The notes beneath the pieces were generated by a model. It was not told the DNA's origin. It made no database searches and saw only the letters and a program-made list of their open reading frames with translations. From Candidatus Krumholzibacteriota bacterium (GTDB taxonomy: Bacteria; Krumholzibacteriota; Krumholzibacteriia; JAJRXK01), in NCBI GenBank assembly GCA_963764625.1, contig CAVXTH010000008.1, positions 1-64,000 on the forward strand: a DNA stretch of 64,000 nt. The letters run 5' to 3'. Numbering within the stretch: position 1 is the first letter of the stretch; each line of letters begins with the position of its first letter. Shown piece after piece: positions 58,839-64,000 of the stretch. A program made the translations under genes and the position numbers.

Positions 58839-60182
58839 CTACTGTCCTCTCAGGGGAAGTCGCGTGCGCGAGAGCATGATGTCGTAGGGAGCGATCGGAA
58901 CCGGTTCTGCGAGCCGTGCGCGCGCGCCCTGGCCGAAGGCCTCGAGCTGTCGGGCTTGCTCGGACTCAGTGAGGGCCAAAAAGCCCTCCGCCGCCGCGCG
59001 CTTCGCGTATGGCTCGTCCCCGTGAATCACGAGCTTGGAGAGGTAGACCTGGTCGCCGCGACGCAGATCCATTTTCTCCAGCGCCAGAAGCGTGGAACTC
59101 AGGTGCCGTTCGAAGTGCACCTTGCCCCCCGCTCCGACCAACACGATGACCCCCACGCGAATCGACGCCTCATGCAGACAACCCACCAGTTCGATGGCCG
59201 CCTTCGAGGCCGGAGGCTTGCCCAGGATTCGCAGCACTTCGTCGTCACCCGACTCGAGGCCCAAATACACCCGCCGCACTCCAGCTTCGGCGAGCTGCGC
59301 GAACTCGCGACCGCTCTTGGGTGGATGGAATCCGTCGACGAAGGAATAGAATCCATCGAACCAGTTTTCGTGCTTCGCTTTGAACTCCTCACGAGCGCGA
59401 GCGCTCATGGAGGGATCGAGCAATGGCATGCGCTCGGTGACCGCCTGCAGCATGGGAAGCAGTCTACGGTTGTCCACCAGCAGGGCATTCGCCTGGCCCA
59501 AGAAAACGCGATGGTAACGGCTGAGCGACTTTCCCAGATAACTCAGGACGGCATCGAGATGGGCCATGAATTCATCGTAGTCCCGTTCACGATAGGGAGT
59601 GTCCTTGTAGAAACTGCAGAAGCCACAGCGGTTCCAGGAGCAACCCTCGGTGAGCTGGAGCACGAGGGACGAGTAATGATCAGGAGGCAGAATGGGAATG
59701 GGTAGATAGATGCGATGCGTCTCTTCTCGATCGTATTGCAAGGTGCGGGAATCGAAGCGGGCTGCGGCCGCGAGCGCTTCCTTGGCCCACCGGGAGGGAT
59801 GGGCCAGTCGGCCCGACAAGAGCTCACACTCCCCCCTCTCGTCCGAATCCTCCAGGAGCCGCAGCGCGGCCCGGGCATGGGCGTGTTGGTCCGCCAAGAA
59901 CTGCAAGGGGTCGGCCGGAGGATCGAGTCGCTGCCGCGCGCGGCGCGGTTGTCTCACCACTTTAGAGACGAGGATTCGACTGTCCAGGGTGCGCCGGTAG
60001 CTGACGCCGTCCTTCTGCACCAGAATCACCCGGCCAGCGTCGTCGAAGTGAATGGCATGGTCGTTTGGGAGTTCAAGCCGCAGGAGGTGGGGCCTCACTC
60101 CCAGAGCGAAGCGCGCCCCTTGTGATGTTCCGATCGCGACGACCGGTTCGTGACCCGCCTCGAACTGCCACGTCCCCTTCAT
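58839..60182 (-). CDS. Radical SAM protein with N-terminal extension
   Basis: LQLTEGCSWNRCGFCSFY (CX3CX2C), FLGQANAL, YLGLESG; ATGA-coupled to the upstream gene. Confidence 0.88.
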   Translation of the reverse strand: MKGTWQFEAGHEPVVAIGTSQGARFALGVRPHLLRLELPNDHAIHFDDAGRVILVQKDGVSYRRTLDSRILVSKVVRQPRRARQRLDPPADPLQFLADQHAHARAALRLLEDSDERGECELLSGRLAHPSRWAKEALAAAARFDSRTLQYDREETHRIYLPIPILPPDHYSSLVLQLTEGCSWNRCGFCSFYKDTPYRERDYDEFMAHLDAVLSYLGKSLSRYHRVFLGQANALLVDNRRLLPMLQAVTERMPLLDPSMSARAREEFKAKHENWFDGFYSFVDGFHPPKSGREFAQLAEAGVRRVYLGLESGDDEVLRILGKPPASKAAIELVGCLHEASIRVGVIVLVGAGGKVHFERHLSSTLLALEKMDLRRGDQVYLSKLVIHGDEPYAKRAAAEGFLALTESEQARQLEAFGQGARARLAEPVPIAPYDIMLSRTRLPLRGQ

Positions 60183-62083
60183 GTTCGCGGAGCGCTCGTG
60201 GGCTCGTCCCACCTCTTCCATTCTTCCCCCAACACTTCCAGGATCGCCGGCGCCATTTCGTAGTGTCCAAGCGGCGGCATGATGTAGGCCCCCTGCACGC
60301 GATCCTTCAGGTTCAAGAGCGATTCCTGGGCGATCTTCACGCCTTCCGCCCGCGCCGCCTTACCCGGTTTGACCGACTGCATGCGCCGGCGAATCTCCTC
60401 TGGAATGTCCATCCCCGGCACGTTGGCGTGCAAAAATTCCGCGTTCCGGTAGCTGGCCAGAGGAAGCAGGCCCAAAAGGATAGGAATCCCCAGGTGCTCG
60501 ACATCGTTCAAGAATCGCTCGACGCGTTGTGGTTCGTAGACAGGCTGGGTCATGACGAAATCGGCGCCGGCTTCGACTTTCTTTTCCAGTCGACGAATCT
60601 CACGTTCATAGTCCATGGCGGCGGGTTCTGCGCCCGTGCCCACCCAAAAATGCGTGGGCTCGTCGATAGGCTTCCCGGTCGGATCGAGTCCATGGTTGTA
60701 CGCGCGCACCCAATGCAAGAGCCCGATGCTGTCGAGGTCGTAGACCGCGGTCGCGTCCGGGTAGTCACCCACCTTCGGAGGATCTCCCGTGATGATGAGC
60801 ACGTTGCGAATGCCCAAAGCGTGCGCGCCGATCAGATCGCTCTGCAGACCCAAGAGGTTGCGGTCACGACAGCAGACGTGGAGCAACACCTCCGCATCCG
60901 TCTTCTCTCGCATCAGGAGAGCCATGGCCAGATTGCTCATGCGCACGCTGGCGCGTGGACCGTCGGCGATGTTGATGATGTCGACGCCGGCCTCGGTGAG
61001 CATTTGCGCCGCGTCGAGGCTTTCGCCGGGATCGAGCGAGGTGGGCGGATTCACTTCGACCGAGACCACGAATTTGCCCGCCGTCATCTTGCGAGCAAAG
61101 ACGCTTCGCTCCTCCACCGGAACCCGCTCCACTCCGACCGGATTGTCCTGCCGGAGTTCGACGGTGGTCGCGAGGGTCTCGTCTTTCCGCGTCACCGAGA
61201 TGGCGCCCCCCATCATGCGCACCGCGCTTCGCAGCCGCCGGATGTGCTCAGGCGTGGTCCCGCAACAGCCACCCACCGCGGAGATTCCCGCTTTCAACAT
61301 GCGCCGCCCCATCACCCCAAAGAACTCCGGGTTGGCCACGTAGATGGTGCGGCCCTCTAGACTCTTGGGGGATCCCGCATTGGGTTGGCAGATGACGGGG
61401 ACGCCGTGACCGAGCATGCGGCGGCTCACCTCGAAAACGAGCTGGGGCCCTTCCCCGCAGTTGGCGCCGATGGCGTCGGCCCCCCAGTCGACCAGTGCGT
61501 CTGCCACCGCCTCCGGGGTGCTCCCGTCGCCGAGCTTTTGATCGGTCTCGAAGCGGAGAGTTGCGACAAGAGGGGTGTCGGGAAAGCTGTCCTTCGCCAC
61601 CCGAATCACCAGGTGCGCTTCTGCGAGCTGCGAGAAGGTCTCCAGAAGAAGAAAGTCTACTCCGCCGTCGAGCAGGGCGCGCATCTGCTCGCGGTAGACC
61701 TCGCGGTATTCCTCTGCCGCCGGCCCCAAGAAGCACGCCGTGCCCAGACCGGTGGGGCCGATGGCTCCGGCGACCCATGCGCGCCGGCCCGCCGCCTCTT
61801 GGGCCAACTCCCCGGCCGCTCTGTTGATGGCCTCGACTTTGTCGCCGAGATTGAAGTGCGATAGGCGGGTGCGGTTCGCCCCGTAGCTGTTGGTGGTCAG
61901 AACTTCCGCGCCGGCTTCCAGATAATCCCGATGGACGCTGAGCACCAGACCGGGACGCGTCAGATTCAACTCTTCGAAGGAATTCGTCAGATAGACGCCG
62001 CGACGGTACAGTTCGGTGCCGATCGCGCCGTCGAATAGCAACGGACGATCCTTCAAGATCTCCAAGAACGGATGCGTGCTCAC
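60179..62083 (-). CDS. yitJ: Bifunctional homocysteine S-methyltransferase / 5,10-methylene-THF reductase
   Basis: DGAIGTEL, GANC, GGCCGTTPEHI, followed by the MTHFR domain 'NIADGPRA', 'CRDRNLLGLQS', 'TGDPPKVGDYP', 'TQPVY'. Confidence 0.92.
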   Translation of the reverse strand: MSTHPFLEILKDRPLLFDGAIGTELYRRGVYLTNSFEELNLTRPGLVLSVHRDYLEAGAEVLTTNSYGANRTRLSHFNLGDKVEAINRAAGELAQEAAGRRAWVAGAIGPTGLGTACFLGPAAEEYREVYREQMRALLDGGVDFLLLETFSQLAEAHLVIRVAKDSFPDTPLVATLRFETDQKLGDGSTPEAVADALVDWGADAIGANCGEGPQLVFEVSRRMLGHGVPVICQPNAGSPKSLEGRTIYVANPEFFGVMGRRMLKAGISAVGGCCGTTPEHIRRLRSAVRMMGGAISVTRKDETLATTVELRQDNPVGVERVPVEERSVFARKMTAGKFVVSVEVNPPTSLDPGESLDAAQMLTEAGVDIINIADGPRASVRMSNLAMALLMREKTDAEVLLHVCCRDRNLLGLQSDLIGAHALGIRNVLIITGDPPKVGDYPDATAVYDLDSIGLLHWVRAYNHGLDPTGKPIDEPTHFWVGTGAEPAAMDYEREIRRLEKKVEAGADFVMTQPVYEPQRVERFLNDVEHLGIPILLGLLPLASYRNAEFLHANVPGMDIPEEIRRRMQSVKPGKAARAEGVKIAQESLLNLKDRVQGAYIMPPLGHYEMAPAILEVLGEEWKRWDEPTSAPRT

Positions 62084-64000
62084 TTGATGAGCTTCTCCAT
62101 CTCGGTGAGAGTGTCTGAGAAGCTGTCGAGCGCGGCCTCGATGGCATCGGGCTTCGTCAGATCGACTCCGGCCTTTTTGAGCAGAGCCAGCGGGGGTTCA
62201 CTGCAGCCCCCACTCAACATGTCCAGAAAACCCTTCTGGGCCTGCTCCGGATGGTCCCCCCGCAAGCCCTGCGCGATCGCGATGCCGCTCGAGAGGCCGG
62301 TGGCATAGGTGTACACGTAGTACTTGTAGTAGAAGTGCGGAATGTACGCCCACTCCATGCCGTCGTTTTCATCAACCGTGTACGCCGGACCGTAGTAGCG
62401 GTGGATCAGGTCGGTGTAGGTCTTGTTCAGAAGGCTGGCGGTGACGGGAGTTCCTGCCTCCAGAAAGCCGTGCACGCTGCGTTCAAATTCGGCGAAGAGA
62501 GTCTGCCGGTAGATCGTGGTGCGAATCTTCTCGAGACGATTGCTCAAGAGATAGGCGCGTTCGGCATCGTCCTTCGCCTGAGAGAGAAGATAGTCACCCA
62601 GCAGGGCCTCGTTGCACGTACTCGCGATCTCGGCCAAGAACGGAACGTAGCGGAAGTTGGGATAGGGTTGGTGCGTCATCGCCAGATGGCTGTGAATGGC
62701 GTGGCCAAATTCGTGCGCTAGGGTAGACTCGTCGTCCTGGCGGTTCTGGAAGTTCAGGAGCACATAGGGATGATTGCCGTAAACGCTGGAGGAAAACGCT
62801 CCGCTCTGCTTGGATCGTTGCGGATAGATGTCCATCCAGCCGTTGCTCGGGTCGGTGCCCTCATTCAGTATCTTTTGGTAATCCGAACCGAGAGGTTTCA
62901 GGGCCTTCAAAATGACTGCGCGTGCCTGATCGAAGGTGACTTCCTTTTCCACTCCTGGAGTCATGGGGCGGTACAGGTCGTAGAGATGCAGATCGCTCAG
63001 CCCCATCGCCTTCTTGCGCAGCGCCATGTAACGGTGGAGCAGATCGAGACGTGAGTTCACCGTCGAGACGAGGTTGTCGTACACCTTCGTCGTCAGGCCG
63101 TCCTTGTCCAGGTACGCCTGCAGGGCGGTGTCGTATCCCCGCGCGCGGGCGTATTCCACGTCGAGTTGATCCTGACCCGATAGAGTGGCGGCGAAGGCGT
63201 GCTGGAACTGGTGGAGCGTACCGAAGAACGCGCTGACCGCTTCCTTGCGCACGTCACGGTTGGGTGAGCTGCGGAACCGTTCGTAGCTCGCGAGCGTCAT
63301 TTGCACTTCCTTGCCCTCTTCGTCGTGGACCATGGGCCAGGAAATGTCGGTGAGCAGAGAGGTGAACGCGGTCTCTAAGGGAGAAGGAATCTCATTGAGA
63401 TCGATCTCGGCCCAGAGGTTGTCGCCCATCAGACCGAGGATGTGTTCCGACTCGGGGCTGAGGACCCGGGAGCGGCGCCGGCGCAGATTCTCGAGATACG
63501 AGCGAAAGGTCTCCATGCCGGGTTCTTGCTCGTAGGCTTTCTGCATGGTGGCGTCATCGATCGCGAGCACCTCGCCACGGATGAAGGCCGACTTCTGCAT
63601 GAGCTCGTCCATCAGGGCCAGGGCCTGGGTCTCCATGGCCTGCGCGTGGTCGTCGTCCTGCGCCACGCTCGAGCGCAGATTCGCGTAAAGGGTGCAGTGG
63701 TTGATCCGATTGTGGAGATCGAAATAGAGAACCAGGCATGGCTCCAGTTGCTGAGGATCGCTCAGAGTTCCCTTGAACGCGGTAAGGCTGGGAATCTGCT
63801 TCTTTAGTCCATCCATTGCCGTTTGCCAGGCCGCCTCGTCTTGAAAGAGCGGAGTGAGATCCCATTTGTAGCCCACCGGCACCTCCTCGCGGGTCGCATT
63901 GGGGTCGGGAACGTAGGCAGCATCGCCGGCTCGCGCCGCCAAAGGCCTGGCGAACCACGACGCGACGACGACGCTCAGCAGCAAGACGAATGTGAAACCG
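62080..64000 (-). CDS. pepF: Oligoendopeptidase F (M3B) with N-terminal signal peptide; start probably lies beyond the window edge
   Basis: KWDLTPLF, KQSGAFS, LAHEFGHAIH (HEXXH), AEIASTCNE, RQTLFAEFE, IPHFY; frame is open to position 64000. Confidence 0.92.
   Translation of the reverse strand, partial: GFTFVLLLSVVVASWFARPLAARAGDAAYVPDPNATREEVPVGYKWDLTPLFQDEAAWQTAMDGLKKQIPSLTAFKGTLSDPQQLEPCLVLYFDLHNRINHCTLYANLRSSVAQDDDHAQAMETQALALMDELMQKSAFIRGEVLAIDDATMQKAYEQEPGMETFRSYLENLRRRRSRVLSPESEHILGLMGDNLWAEIDLNEIPSPLETAFTSLLTDISWPMVHDEEGKEVQMTLASYERFRSSPNRDVRKEAVSAFFGTLHQFQHAFAATLSGQDQLDVEYARARGYDTALQAYLDKDGLTTKVYDNLVSTVNSRLDLLHRYMALRKKAMGLSDLHLYDLYRPMTPGVEKEVTFDQARAVILKALKPLGSDYQKILNEGTDPSNGWMDIYPQRSKQSGAFSSSVYGNHPYVLLNFQNRQDDESTLAHEFGHAIHSHLAMTHQPYPNFRYVPFLAEIASTCNEALLGDYLLSQAKDDAERAYLLSNRLEKIRTTIYRQTLFAEFERSVHGFLEAGTPVTASLLNKTYTDLIHRYYGPAYTVDENDGMEWAYIPHFYYKYYVYTYATGLSSGIAIAQGLRGDHPEQAQKGFLDMLSGGCSEPPLALLKKAGVDLTKPDAIEAALDSFSDTLTEMEKLIK

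Noticed and set aside
1-64000. CRISPR arrays, tRNA/rRNA, IS elements, integrases, prophage genes
   Set aside because: No repeat-spacer periodicity, cloverleaf or rRNA signatures, or transposase/integrase/phage motifs seen

Overview
GC-rich bacterial chromosomal window with about 46 protein-coding genes. I found no rRNA, tRNA, CRISPR array or mobile element. A secreted protein ending in a 'TSWGTLK' tail and two secreted 6-bladed beta-propellers suggest an FCB-related candidate phylum such as Krumholzibacteriota, Eisenbacteria or Latescibacterota (inference). Gene blocks, in order: typA; a PhoB/PhoR-like two-component pair; a TolC-less module of two RND permeases, an adaptor, two beta-propellers and an MFS; hflX; a glycogen operon built on three GH57 enzymes plus a GlgA-DUF4912 fusion; ABC-F and AAA ATPases; GDPD-glpD; FTCD; an anaerobic class I benzoyl-CoA reductase cluster (had-oah-dch-bcrCBAD) with SDR, GNAT, TPR and LeuA-like accessory genes; arsC, trmB and proline dehydrogenase; and pepF-yitJ-radical SAM. 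At least 8 apparent indel frameshifts look like long-read errors and create a false MFS-propeller 'fusion'. The most notable unannotated signals are two intergenic rod-shaped structured RNA candidates (about 34506-34790 on +, about 55926-56135 on -), each with a sigma70-like promoter and a terminator-like hairpin. All folding was done by eye.
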